Below are positions 45,143-56,521 of a DNA stretch of 64,000 nucleotides, one piece after another. The DNA lies in assembly GCA_025558095.1 (NCBI GenBank), contig JAIVFI010000017.1, forward strand, positions 372,001 through 436,000. Direction: 5' to 3'. The notes below the pieces were generated by a model, which ran no database searches, was not told the origin of the DNA, and was given only the letters and a program-made list of their open reading frames with translations. The DNA is from Hyaloraphidium curvatum SAG 235-1 (taxonomy: Eukaryota; Fungi; Monoblepharomycota). The position numbers were made by a program, and so were the translations under genes. Numbering within the stretch: the first letter of the stretch is position 1; each line of letters opens with the position of its first letter.

Positions 45143-46811
45143 TCAGTCAAAGACTCTTCCTTCCGAGCAATAGCCCTTCCATGGCAGAACAGTCTCCTCC
45201 AGCAGGTACTCTGCAATACGCTTCCCGTCGAAACGCACCCCCTCCTTGCCCTCGGTGTAGTGGAAGCAGTCCGGCGGCGGCACCAAGAAAGCCTCCGACG
45301 CAAAGCACGCCGCATCGTCGAAGGGCGCGGCCTCGACGACGTGCGGGTTCGCTGTGACAGGCTCCGGAGCCTTGGTGTCCGCGGTGGTGGAGTTGCCATC
45401 CGCCGTGGCCGAATTGGCCTCTTCGGGAGCGGGCGCGTCCGGCGGCATTGGGGCCGGGGGGTCGGCCGGAGCCTCAACCTTCTCCCCAACGACCTTCTCC
45501 CCGTCCAGCCGGACCCGCCAACGCCTCCGCCAGCACGAGCCCCAGCGCACGGCTTCCTGCGCCCGCTTCGTGTACGCCTCTCCGTTGTCGTGGAACTTGC
45601 CCAGACTCCAGTGCCGCGATCCGACGAAAAAGTCCCAGTTCCGGAAGTTCTCAGGGGAGTTATCCCGATACGCAGACACTAGAAATCAGTCAGCATAAGT
45701 GCTCGAACGACAAGCGTCCAAGAGGACTCACGAGGATACGGGAAATGCAGAAAGGAGGTCGGGAACCAGCCACACATCAGGCCCTTGTTCTCAGGTATCC
45801 GGCCCAAATCAGTCTGCAAGGGGCACTTTTGGGCGCTGAACGCCTCGGGCGTTGTGTTGAACATGAAATTGCCCATGGCGTTGAACTCGGACATGCTGCC
45901 CGAGGACTTGAGTCCGGCAACGAAAACCGTGGAGAAGGGTTCGCGGTAGGGGATCTTGTGGTAGTCGTACATCGCCTTGCGCAGCTTGGGAAGCATCGAT
46001 TTGGGTGCCAGAGGAGGATAGGCCTTGACACCTGGGTGAAGCGGTCAGAGCTTTCGCACAGAGGAAAGAGCGAGCGACGCCTACCGAAAACGTGGGGGTT
46101 AATTCCTATTGCAGCCCGCGCACCGGGGCCCCATTCGTCCGACCCTTCGCCATAGAACCACAGCGGCTTCCCCTCGTCGTCAAACAGTGACCGGCATGTG
46201 ACCGGCAAAGCGAGCAGCGTGTCCGAATCGAGGAACAGGATGAAGTCGGCTTCCTCGCGTACGTAAAGGTCGGCGGTCAAGCGGGCGTACTGGTGCTTGA
46301 ACTTTTTGTCCCACGGAAAGTCGGTGAAGAACGTGTCCTCGAGCAGCCACACCTTGTACGCGTGCTTGCGCGGCAGACCGATGTTAAAGGGCGGGAAAGC
46401 CTCTCCGGTCGCCGCCGGACGCGTAAAGAGGATGTGAATGATGCCGATACACGGCAGTAGCTCGTCCAGCGAAGCCATGGCGAGGTGGAACATGGCGATT
46501 TCCGAGGTCGTGGACCCCACGTTGATGTGAATGTCGATGTTTCCGAAAGGGCACGAAGGCTTCCGCGCGGGACCCGTTTCGAAGCGGTCCGGCTTCGGTC
46601 TAAGGCCAGGTTCGTCCGGGAACTCGGTCTGCGGCGCGTCCGGGACCCGGGGCCGCGAGGAAGTCCACACCGACGATACCGCCGAGCTCCGCGGATCATA
46701 GGAAGTCAAAGAAAGCACGTTCCATCCCACGATGGCCAGCAGAAGCGCCACGGCAACGCTTCCCCATATTTGCTGCGGCCGCCAGGCGCCGATGGAGCCC
46801 TGGTCAGACAT
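45143..46811 (-). CDS. Type II membrane putative glycosyltransferase (GT-A fold, DxD)
   Basis: N-terminal anchor, Pro-rich stem, RLTADLY...FILFLDSD, SEFNAMG; 2 introns. Confidence 0.65.
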
Positions 46812-47130
46812 TGACCTCCGGGGGGGCCGGCCGAGGGCGTAGGCAGTCTAAGGAATGAAACCTTCGAGCGCTCATGCGGCGGAACCGTGCCGCAGAGGGC
46901 CGGCGGCGAACGTGTCGCCGAGGAATGCACCGCCGCCGGCGTGACTGCCTTTTGAGAGGCCGTGCCTGATGCTAGTGCGAACGCGACGCTAAGACTGCTG
47001 GCGTATGCAGCACCCGCTGCTTGCGGCCTAATCGTCCAGGGAACGGTGGCGGGCAGCGGGGGCGCTTCCGTTGGTCTTGTAGGACGTGATTCCTTGTGGG
47101 CCGAACCTTGCGGGGGACAGGCCTCCCGGG

Positions 47131-48717
47131 ATGTTCAAGACTGGAGCCTTTAAGCACATTGCATGCCCGTATTTTCCGGACTGCTACCGTGGTCTCGACT
47201 GCTGGTTCGACCATCGGTTGCCGAAGCCGCCAGTGGAACCTGCGGAGCAGCTGGCTGCTGCGAAGCGGACAGCTCCCCCAGAGACCAAAGCCGATGTCGT
47301 GGAACCGGAGGCTAAGCGCAGGAAGCTGCAGAATGGCTACGATGGGCTCGATTCGACGATTGCTCCGCCTAAAGAAGCTCGTGTGGAGCCGAAGGCGCCC
47401 TCGCATTCGCGGGTGACGGTCGTCGAGCGGACGAAACCGAAGCCCGCGCCCGCACCGGCTCCGAAGAAGCCGGCCAAGGCGCCGACCGATGCGGAAAAGC
47501 CGCCGTTTGTGGCGCTGCATGTGCACAACAAGGTGCCGATACACACCCGCCAAAAGGCGGTCGACAAGTTCTTCGAGGAGTTTCGCCGGATCTACGGCCC
47601 GAAAGTGCTCGCTGACGTGCCGGATCTGGCCCATCGGCACGCGTTGGAGCAGGAGGAGAGGGTGCACGAGAAATCTACTGCCCTGACGTACAAGCAGGAG
47701 GCGGCAAACATGCTCGGTCGGCTGCGCAGACGGCCGCACGCGCAGTCTGCGGACGACGTGGGCATCGAAGGGGAGTACAAGTCGCCGGAGGAGCGCGAGC
47801 GAGATCGGGTGCCGAAAGTCATGCTGAGCGGGGAGGTGCTGAGGCCGCACATCCTGGATTCGAGGCAGCGGCAGGACTACGGGTACCTTGCGTTGGATTT
47901 CCTCGAGACCCTGGACGTGTTCGAGGAAGCCGTTAGCGAATCCCGGGAAAAAACCTGCGAGCGGTGCGGGCTGAAGTTTGCCGTCAAATCGGAGCTCTCG
48001 GAGGAGGACCTCGAAGCTTGCAAGCACCACAGGGACAGACCTCGGGTGGAGAAATCGGGCGGCGAGAAGAAGCAGGTCTACCCTTGCTGCGGTGTCACGG
48101 TGGGCTCGTCCACGACGCAGGCTGGCTGCAGCACCGGGCCACACGTCTTTATCGAGACGGATTCGGCGCTGCTGCATTCTTCCTCGCCTTTTTCCAGTCT
48201 TCCCGATCGGACCGAGGGAACTGAGAAGGCGGATGTCGTGGGCTTGGACTGTGAGATGGTGTTTACCTCCCTCGGCTTCGAGGTCGCGCGGGCGTCGCTG
48301 GTGGACGGAAAAGGAGAGGTCTTGCTCGACGCTTTCGTGCGGCCTCGTGGGAGCATCATCGACCTCAACACGCGTTGGAGCGGGATCACGCCCGAACATA
48401 TCGAGCGCCCGGACGCCCTGACGTTCGAGGGCCTGCGCACCCGCATGGCAGAACTGATGGACGCCGAGACCGTCATCGTCGGCCACGGCTTGGAGAACGA
48501 TCTGCGGGTGCTGAGGCTCCTCCACGAGCCGATTGTCGACACCGCCGTGCTCTTCCCGCACCCCAAAGGGCTCCCCATGCGGAACGGACTCCGGTTCCTC
48601 AGCGAACGCCACCTGGGGCGCCTGGTGCAGCAGGGAGGGGCGGGCCACGATTCGGTAGAAGATGCGATCTGTGCTCTGCAGCTCGCCGCGCACTTCCTCA
48701 AGCAGAACAAGAGCTGA
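47131..48717 (+). CDS. DEDDh RNA exonuclease Rex3/REXO1-like
   Basis: N-terminal CCCH-type motif, CERC...YPCC...GC...H, GLDCEMV, GHGLENDL, GHDSVEDA. Confidence 0.92.
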   Translation: MFKTGAFKHIACPYFPDCYRGLDCWFDHRLPKPPVEPAEQLAAAKRTAPPETKADVVEPEAKRRKLQNGYDGLDSTIAPPKEARVEPKAPSHSRVTVVERTKPKPAPAPAPKKPAKAPTDAEKPPFVALHVHNKVPIHTRQKAVDKFFEEFRRIYGPKVLADVPDLAHRHALEQEERVHEKSTALTYKQEAANMLGRLRRRPHAQSADDVGIEGEYKSPEERERDRVPKVMLSGEVLRPHILDSRQRQDYGYLALDFLETLDVFEEAVSESREKTCERCGLKFAVKSELSEEDLEACKHHRDRPRVEKSGGEKKQVYPCCGVTVGSSTTQAGCSTGPHVFIETDSALLHSSSPFSSLPDRTEGTEKADVVGLDCEMVFTSLGFEVARASLVDGKGEVLLDAFVRPRGSIIDLNTRWSGITPEHIERPDALTFEGLRTRMAELMDAETVIVGHGLENDLRVLRLLHEPIVDTAVLFPHPKGLPMRNGLRFLSERHLGRLVQQGGAGHDSVEDAICALQLAAHFLKQNKS

Positions 48718-48732
48718 TGTACATCGGCTGAT

Positions 48733-49218
48733 CTACTCCCTGGCGTACTGTGCCGCGAGATCGCCCATCTGTCGCGTGCGATCTGTCAGCTTTGCTGTTC
48801 TCGGCGTCCGTTGCGAAAGGCTCACGTGGGTCTTGTCGAATCGAGCAAGCAGCTCCCTCTCCGCAGCCGATCCTCCGATCTGTCCGCCCCGCACGAATGA
48901 GAATAGCGTCACGAACGTGAAGACCGTGACCTTGGGCAGGGGCGAAAGGCTTCGGTACCACGGGACCTGCGCCCTCAGAAGCCGGTTGCCGAGGCTTGGA
49001 GCGAATCAGCTGCAGCGGCGAGCGAGCGAGCTCCGCAACGTCGTACGTCAGACCGAGGGCAGATGCAGCTCCCCATTCAATGGCCTGCTTCTTGGCTCTG
49101 GCCTCGACTGGCGACGGGTTAACCGAGGCGAGGCGACGGATCCGGCGACCGTACTGCATTCGCGATCTCCGTGAGAAATGCTCTTGATGCGGCCGGGCAT
49201 TTCCCTCCAGGAGGACAT
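48733..49218 (-). CDS. Small 109-aa two-TM protein, resembling the Rcf2 N-terminus/ENOD93; not in the ORF track
   Basis: Exons 49218-49155, 49107-49047, 48994-48826, 48768-48733 (330 nt, all GT-AG, frame conserved): ...AIEWGAASALGLTLGNRLLRAQVPWYRSLSPLPKVTVFTFVTLFSFVRGGQIG... Confidence 0.7.
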
Positions 49219-49366
49219 CGTGACAGATGGCGCTATGGTCGAGGACGGGTTGCCCGCGGCGTGACCGGAAGTGGGCGAATGACGTGTCACTTCGAGTCCG
49301 TCGCCAAAGGTCGGCGGTCCAACGGTCCCAACGCGCACATCAACTCCTTGCCGAAATGCCGGCCGG

Positions 49367-52300
49367 ATGTCGGACTGCATTTTGATTCCCGACGGCGCGT
49401 CTTCCGACCGACGGCCCGCGCCCGGCCCTCCGCCCCGCACGAACCCCGACGCGTCGGGTTCAGCGCGCACCAACCGCGCTCCCGGCCACGCGCACGCGCA
49501 GCCGCCCTCCGCCGCCGCCGCGACCTTTGTGCCCGCCGCGTCCGTCGGGCAGCCGGCCGCGAATCGCACGCTCTCGCCGGGCAAAGGGCGCTCGGGCGCG
49601 CTGACCTCGAGGGCGCGCCTTCCCGACCCGGGGCTCGCGGCCGCAAGACCACCGCGTGGGCCGCGCGACGCGAATTTCATCTCCCGCGAACACAAGCCCC
49701 TCGCCGACGCGGGAGGCTCGGGGCGCGAGCGGTCGCTCTCGGTCAACAGCGCGGACGCAGGCGCCGAACAGGAAGACCACCTCCTCCTGGATTACTTGGC
49801 GGAGCTCGGGGAAGCCGCTCCCCTCTCCCGCCAGCCTTCACCCGAAAGAGACGCCGGCGCGGGGGTTCTCCCGAGCCCGACGACTCCGTGGACGCCTGAC
49901 GCCGGAGCCATGCCGACCACCGATGCCGAGCCGTCGCCGGCTGCCGACACGCCGGAAGCTTCTCCCGTCTCGCCGTTGCCGGAGCAACCGATCAAGGGCA
50001 TCGTTGGGACGACCGCGGACAAGAAGTACGATGACGCCGGCGGCTTCGAGCGGTTGAAGGAGGTGAAGGCCATTCTCGTGACCCATACGTGCTCTGCTCA
50101 TCGACGGATTGGCAAACAGTTCAACATGGACAGCTTTTTGGCCACGATTCAGAAGATGGGAGCCAAGGGTCTGGCTCGAAACCGGCAGCGCGGGATCCTC
50201 AAGGATCTCGCGAAGGAAATGGAGGCCAAGATCTGCGACAATCTCAAGGTTCTCGCGCCTTTCGTCGCCCAGAACACTGGTGATTGGAAAGCGATAGGTG
50301 CGATTTTGCCGCGCGTGCAGGGCAACGACATCACTCACTCGGTTCTCGCATAAGATCCCACCCCGTCGTTGCCTCCCAAGCTGGCCCAACAGCTCCAGAC
50401 TTTCCTCAGCAGCTTCCACCACGACGAGCTCGCGGTTCTTTACATGAACTCCCTCTACGCCGCCGTGACCAGCGAGCTCCTGGACGTCAAGGTCCACCAC
50501 GCCGGCTCCGGGGCCTCGGATCGCCGCATCCTGATGCGCCTTATCGAAGGGATCGTTCCCGAGGTCCTGTACCGCGAGCTTCCTTCCGATTTGGACGCGG
50601 AGGCAGAGAGGGGCAAATCCGTTCTCGAGGTGGTGTGGAAGAAGGCGCAGGGCGACGAAATCGAGACCCTCGGAGGTTACGTTGCCTGGGCAATGTCCAA
50701 CCAGCGCGCGGATGTCGGCGCTCCGGCAACGGAAAAGTCGCCCAAGCAGCGCGCTGGACTGCTCCCGCCGCGGACCGTAGCGGCGTTCTACAGGTGCTTC
50801 CTGGAGGACCACGCGATCGTCGAGCTCGAGATGGATGCTTCAGCATTCCCGCTTTGGCTCGGGCTCATCTGCGGAACGACCATGGACTGCTTGAAGCAGC
50901 TGACGAATCCGAACCTCCGCAACGTTTCGTACAAGTTCCCAGGACACATTCCCCGGGATCAGTTTGAGGCGCATCTCAAGTACGTGTCCAAAGCGCGGAT
51001 CGGGCTCGCCAAATCTGGAGGCAGGTCGGGCACTCGGAGAGCGCCCAAGGAAGGCGGGAAGACTGTCGATCCGGTGAAGATGCAGGTCGACCTGTACGAG
51101 GGTTGCAAGGTACGAGGTTGCCTGGCTGCACAGCACGCTCCGAGCTGACCGTGGTGCAGGCAGCACTCTTTCCTCCTGCTTCGGTCGCTCAGGAAAAGGC
51201 AGCCGGGGACGCTTCGCTTGCTGCTCTCGTCCTCGACGATGGAGGGAGCGACGTCTCGCAGCCAAAGCTCTTTGAGACCTGGTACGCGGCGCAGAAGAAG
51301 AACGCGGCCGTGCCCTACGTCGGCCCCGAGTACCAGAGCCTGCTACTGGCGCTCCTCGCCAGCCGGAACGAGCCCGGGGTGTATCTTGCTTGGACGAGGA
51401 TTGCGGGAGATGACTGGGCTGGGAATGGCGCGTTCATTGCCTTCCTGGAGTCTGTTGCGCGCCAGAGAAAGGCGGCACGGGGAGCAGGGCTTCCGGATCT
51501 GCCCACCGCGAAGGACAGGTGGACCTCGCTCGACAAGAGGCGCCTCAAGCACGCTCTGGAGGGCTTCGCCAACAGCGCAGCCTTGGAACTGGACGATCTG
51601 ACGAAGCGGAAGCGCCTTGGGAAGCAGAGCGATGGCGACGGAGCCCGCAGGCGGCAGATCGAAGGGACTGCCAAGGGGATCTCTTCTCTGCTGGCCGCGT
51701 TCCCGCGCGAGGGTTCCATGCTCTGGGCAGTTCTCCGTTTTGCTTGGCGCATGCTGCTCTTCCTAGTGGCGATCGTGTTTGGGGTTTCTGCGTTGACAAA
51801 CGCGTTCCCGCAGCTGACGCGGATGAGGCTCAAACCGGACGCGCCGATCGTCAAGGACATCGAGGATTGCCGCGGTGTACACGGAAAGACCTGGTGCTCC
51901 GCCAGAGAAGCCACGGCATCGGCCGTGAGGGCATCGCGGGACTCGCTGAGCTCGGTCGTCGCACCGGTGTTCGAAGCGCACGTGCAGCCGCTCTACGACA
52001 ACCACGTCAGGCCCTTGTACGATGCCTACGGAGCTCCCGTGGCCCGGCAGGCGGCCGAGTACCTGCCGCAGATCCGGGACGTCTTGCAGCCCGCCGTCGT
52101 CGCTGCAGGAGCAGGCGTCCTGCAGGGCGTCACGATGCTGGAAGACACGGCCGACAACGTTGTGGGATGGACCATGAACCAGGACTGGGCAAAGCTCTCC
52201 GCCGATGGCCTTGATGCCGCACAGAAGACGGCGCGGCTGGTGCGCCAGAAGACCGGGGAAGGCTGGGAGGCCGCTAAGCCGCACGTGCTTTCGGCGACGG

Positions 52301-53913
52301 AGCGGATCGGGCTTGCCGCGCAAAGTGCTTACGACAAAGCCATGGAGGTACCGGCCCTTTCCAAAGCAGCGGGCTTCCTTCACCAGAACGTCGTCGGCCC
52401 GGTCAGCCGCACGTGGGAGGCAGTCACACCGCAGGCTAGCCTCGCGGGGGAGCTGTGGCTCAACGGCACAAAGGCAGCCTACCTTTTCCTGCGGCGCAAG
52501 CACCCCAAGTTTCCAGGAGAAACGTGGGAGCAGAAGTTTGCGGAAGAATCCGTGCTCGAGGACATCTACAATGCCGCGGACTTCCTGGCGATACGCGCCG
52601 TGGACTACTCGCGCGCAGCTCGGCACCGGCTGAGCGGATGGGGCTCGTTAGCGTGGAAGAAATGGGACGCGTTCGTGGGCTGGCTGGAGGACTCTGTCGG
52701 AATCGAGTTCGGAGACCTGGATTTAGACCTCGACTTCTCGTCATCGCCCCCTGAAGCGCCGGCAAAGGAGGAACCGGTGCCCGCCGATCCGGCTCCGGAA
52801 TTGCCTGCCGTTGAATGGGAGCCGATCGACGCGGATGACCAGGTGGAGACTTTTGAACATGCGGTGGCCGCCACCGAAGACCACGTATCTGCTGAAGAGG
52901 GTCATCTGCGGACTGGCGATTTGCATCATGGCTCTCATGACGATGCTGAGCACGTTGCAGCTAGCAGTGGCGACGAAGATACCCCAGCCTCGGAAGCAGA
53001 ACGCTCAACCGGTTTCACGGAGGCAGTATCAGGAGCCGACGCAGCCGCCGAGGACCCTCACCCGCCCGCGGAACCCGATTTGGAACTTGAGGAGCGCGTT
53101 GTCGAGGGACTCAACGAGGTGGAGCAGGAGGAGGCTCCGGCTGTCCTCGAGACTTCTGGCGAAGACATCTTCGAAGATGTCCAGGTGGAGGCCCCGGCCG
53201 TTCACACTCCCGAGCCGGATTCGGACCAGACCGACGGAATGGACTCTGTTCTGGAAGCGTGGGAACGTGACCGCGAAGCACAGGGTCAAGTAGAGTCACC
53301 ATCGCCTCCCGCTCCCGCCGATATCGGTGGCGGAGAGCCGGACGATGCTGGCAGCGACTCTGTCGGATCGGAGCAAGGACCCGCGGATGCTCCGACCAGC
53401 AGTCCATCGGGAGACGAGGAACTTGGCGACGCTTTTGCTGACATTGAGATCACGACGGAAGTCCTTGGTGGGATCTACATCCGGGTTGTCGAAAGCACTC
53501 ATTTACGTTACGACTCCGCAGACGACCCTCCGGCGGACGCTGACTTCGACAGACACATCGAAGTCGTGACGGATGCTCACGCCGAGGAGATCGGAGCCAC
53601 CGAGGACGAAATGCAACAAACGACAGCGCCTGAGGACTCCTCTTCGACCCCGGAAGAAGACGTGGCCACAGCAGCTGAATCCCATTCCGATCCCGAGCCT
53701 TCAGCGGCTGGTGATTCCGTTACCACTTCTGATGAGGCCGAGGCGACAGGGGCTGCCCAGCCATCCAACGAGGTTGAGCACGAGGCCTCCGCCAAGCCCT
53801 CCCGACGGGACAGGATGAGGAACAGATACCGTCGGATGCCCGCTGAGGATTCGGGGCACGCGGACGCCGATGCAGGTACAGAATGGAGCGAAGAGCTACC
53901 TGTTGAGGCCTAG
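49367..53913 (+). CDS. Large membrane protein, possibly TMEM214-like, with a long acidic tail
   Basis: Three frame-linked ORFs joined by GT-AG introns; helical core with ILKDLA, RILMRLIEGIVP, YLAW motifs loosely recalling TMEM214; TM at ~51720-51800; D/E-rich C-terminus. Confidence 0.6.
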
Positions 53914-54597
53914 GAGCAAAGGCAGCTCAAACATGCTCTCGATGATCGAATGCGCTCCCGCTGCTTGCATGTGCGTCCGATCCACGTTCCCAGCCAGGCC
54001 GACCACGGTGCAGCCCGCGAATACCCCGGCCTCGATCCCCGCAACAGAGTCCTCAACGACGACACAACGCGCCAGGAGCGAAGCGCGCTCGGGGCCCCGT
54101 TCCGGGAGCACGATCCCGCGGGCCGCCAAGCAAGCCTCGGCCGCAGTCAGATAAAGATCGGGTGCCGGTTTCGCACGTGGAACGTCCTCGTACGAATAAA
54201 TACGTCCCTCAAGGGCGCTCGTTATCCCCAGGCGCTCCATTTTAATGTGCAGCTCCTCCTTTCCGCTGTTGGAGCAGACCGCAACGGGTATTCCCGCCTC
54301 GGAGAAGGCTGCGAAGGCCTCCAGTGACCCTGGAACAGCCCGTGTGTCCTTCCTCATGAGCTCCGTAATGTCGTTTTGCAATGACTCGGCGAAATCGTCC
54401 GGCAGATCGATGCGGCGACGGCACAGCGGAACCATCTCCGGCAAGGACAGGCCCACAAACAGGGCGTGGGCCTCCGGTCCGGTCATGCTCCAACCGAGTC
54501 TCGTAAGAGTGGCTGCAACGAGCTCATTTACAGCTCCTTCGCTGTCGGCAAGGACCCCATCGCAATCAAAGAGGCCAGCCAGAGGAGGTAAACTCAT
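53896..54597 (-). CDS. HAD-IA hydrolase (CbbY/YieH/beta-PGM-like)
   Basis: FDCDGVLADSE, VCSNS, KPAPDLY, VVEDSVAGIEAG; intronless. Confidence 0.9.
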   Translation of the reverse strand: MSLPPLAGLFDCDGVLADSEGAVNELVAATLTRLGWSMTGPEAHALFVGLSLPEMVPLCRRRIDLPDDFAESLQNDITELMRKDTRAVPGSLEAFAAFSEAGIPVAVCSNSGKEELHIKMERLGITSALEGRIYSYEDVPRAKPAPDLYLTAAEACLAARGIVLPERGPERASLLARCVVVEDSVAGIEAGVFAGCTVVGLAGNVDRTHMQAAGAHSIIESMFELPLLLGLNR

Positions 54598-54855
54598 TTG
54601 TGCCACACCGCGAGAAGGAACGGAGCGAAGCACAGGAAAAGATCCGATTGCGTTGGTACGGTGTCCTTTGAGCGGCACGTCGGAAGAAGGTGCCCGGGGC
54701 ACGGGGACTTTCCGATCGCGTTGCTTTGGAGTGAGTGACTGACTGATGTCCGCGGACGTTCGGGCCGGGCAACCCCTCCATTCCTCTCCCGCGATCGCAG
54801 ACGCGGTCCAGGACCAACGGAAGGTCTAGTCGGTCATCGCTTCTGACGCGGGCCG

Positions 54856-55565
54856 ATGGGCGCCGCGGCGTCATCTCCGTCGGGGAACGGACCTCCTCCG
54901 ACCAGAACCCCGGAGCCGACCCCGGTGCAGTGGGGCGACTTCACGAACTTCGAATACCACGAGCGGCTCAGCAGGGAACATTTTTCGGCGATGTTCCCTC
55001 TGTATCTGTATCCTGGCGCCGACGGGGACCCGGGAGGGAACGTGGCTCGCTCCGACGGAGACTCGGGCCGACGAAGACTCGGCCGGACACAAAGCCCGGC
55101 TGAATCCTCGCTGGTCCTAGAAAATCCACCGGAAGATCAACGGAGCTGTGCTATTTGTCTTCAGCCGGTGGGTCCGGAGGCGATTCCTGTCGACCTCTTG
55201 CGCTCTGACCGGGGGGGACTCTCCAGTTTCTCCCAGGGGAGCAGGTCCGATTGCTGCACCACTGTCACCACCTCTTCCACGACGATTGCTGTTCCAAATG
55301 GATGACCGAGCGCAAATCGCAGTGCCCGGTCTGCCGATTCGAGTATGGACTGTTCCGGGTGGAGGCGGGCACTTTTGTCCATCGGAAGCAGCGGACCACG
55401 CGTGCCACCCGGGCCCATGACCCGCCTTTGGATCCCATTACCCCGGTGCCTGATGCTCTGGCAGTGGAAGGGAAAACGGGGAGCGACCCCGAGACGCGGA
55501 CATCGTCAAACTGCTTTGGCACTATACTTCGGGGTCGGAGAGGATCGACCAGATATCCTCGATGA
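54856..55565 (+). CDS. RING-H2 E3 ligase, possibly N-myristoylated
   Basis: Spliced CAICLQPFLPGEQVRLLHHCHHLFHDDCCSKWMTERKSQCPVCR; N-terminus MGAAAS. Confidence 0.85.
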
Positions 55566-55630
55566 ACCCGCTGTATGATCCACGATGCCCCGAAGACACA
55601 TCTTCCCGATTACTTCTCATCCATGCCTGA

Positions 55631-56234
55631 TCAGCGCTCGAACCCCACCCAGACCTTAACCCCGATGGTGCCCCGGCGGCTGACAAAGAAGGACTTGCCG
55701 TAGTCCACGTGCCTGTTGGCGAAATCGTTCGTCCCGAGCTTGCCAAAGGCAAAGTCCTGCTTCATCCCCCGGTCGCTTCCCTTAAGCCTGCCGTTGAGCT
55801 CGATGCGGAAGCCTGTGATGCGGGCCCGATCCTGCATCGCCGCCGAAGGTTCCCGAACGTGCCTGAGGAGCACCTCCGGCAGGGGAATGTCCGTGTGGTA
55901 CTTTTTCGGATCCAGCTGCGTGGTCGCGACGGGCACCTGCTCGGCCGCGCGCTTCCTGCGGACCGGCACCGCGACGACCTCCTCGGCGTCCTCCGCGGTT
56001 CCCTCGGCGGCATCGGCCCCCTCCTCCGCAGGCGGAACATCAAAGGCGCCGACCGCGCCTCTCCCACCGCGTTCGTACATGTCGAACGCAGCCTGCGCGC
56101 GGAAATGAAGGTTGGCGTCGCGACGCCGTCGGCCGCGAGAGACTCACCCCTGCGCGCCTGTTGACCCGCGCCAGCTGCCTCAAGAAGTTTAAGTACAGTG
56201 GCTTCGCGCTACGGCTCGCGGCGCGTTGCGACAT
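55631..56234 (-). CDS. rps3: Nuclear-encoded mitochondrial ribosomal protein uS3m (C-terminal S3 domain)
   Basis: ITGFRIELNGRL...FGKL...VDYGKSFFVSRRGTIGVKVWV; basic presequence-like exon 1; intron 56093-56147. Confidence 0.8.
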
Positions 56235-56521
56235 CGCGATGCGGGGCGCGGCTCGCTCGCAGCCTTCTCCTCTACGACTGTTGACTTCGGGGCGTCAGTC
56301 ATCAATCCCCATCAGGCCCCCCCCCCGATACATCACGTCACGCCATATACACTGAATTCGGGGAAGAGGGGAGGGGTTAATGTCCGCCGAGCTGCCGGGT
56401 ACAGGCCTCCTTGAACCTGTTCATAAGCTGTTGGCAGCCCAGTACGCCCCCCCGCTGAACAACGGCGCGCAGACGGCCGGTCTGGCGGGCCATCACAGTG
56501 CCCGCGGTCTCTTGCCGATCA

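Noticed and set aside
1253-48717. Apparent enrichment of RNA-processing genes (LCP5, GEMIN2, UTP11, PCF11, CDC73, SF3B2, REX3)
   Set aside because: They are interspersed with unrelated genes; cannot be distinguished from chance without statistics.
48715-48731. Second TGATG at the exonuclease stop
   Set aside because: It opens only a 4-codon ORF (MYIG).
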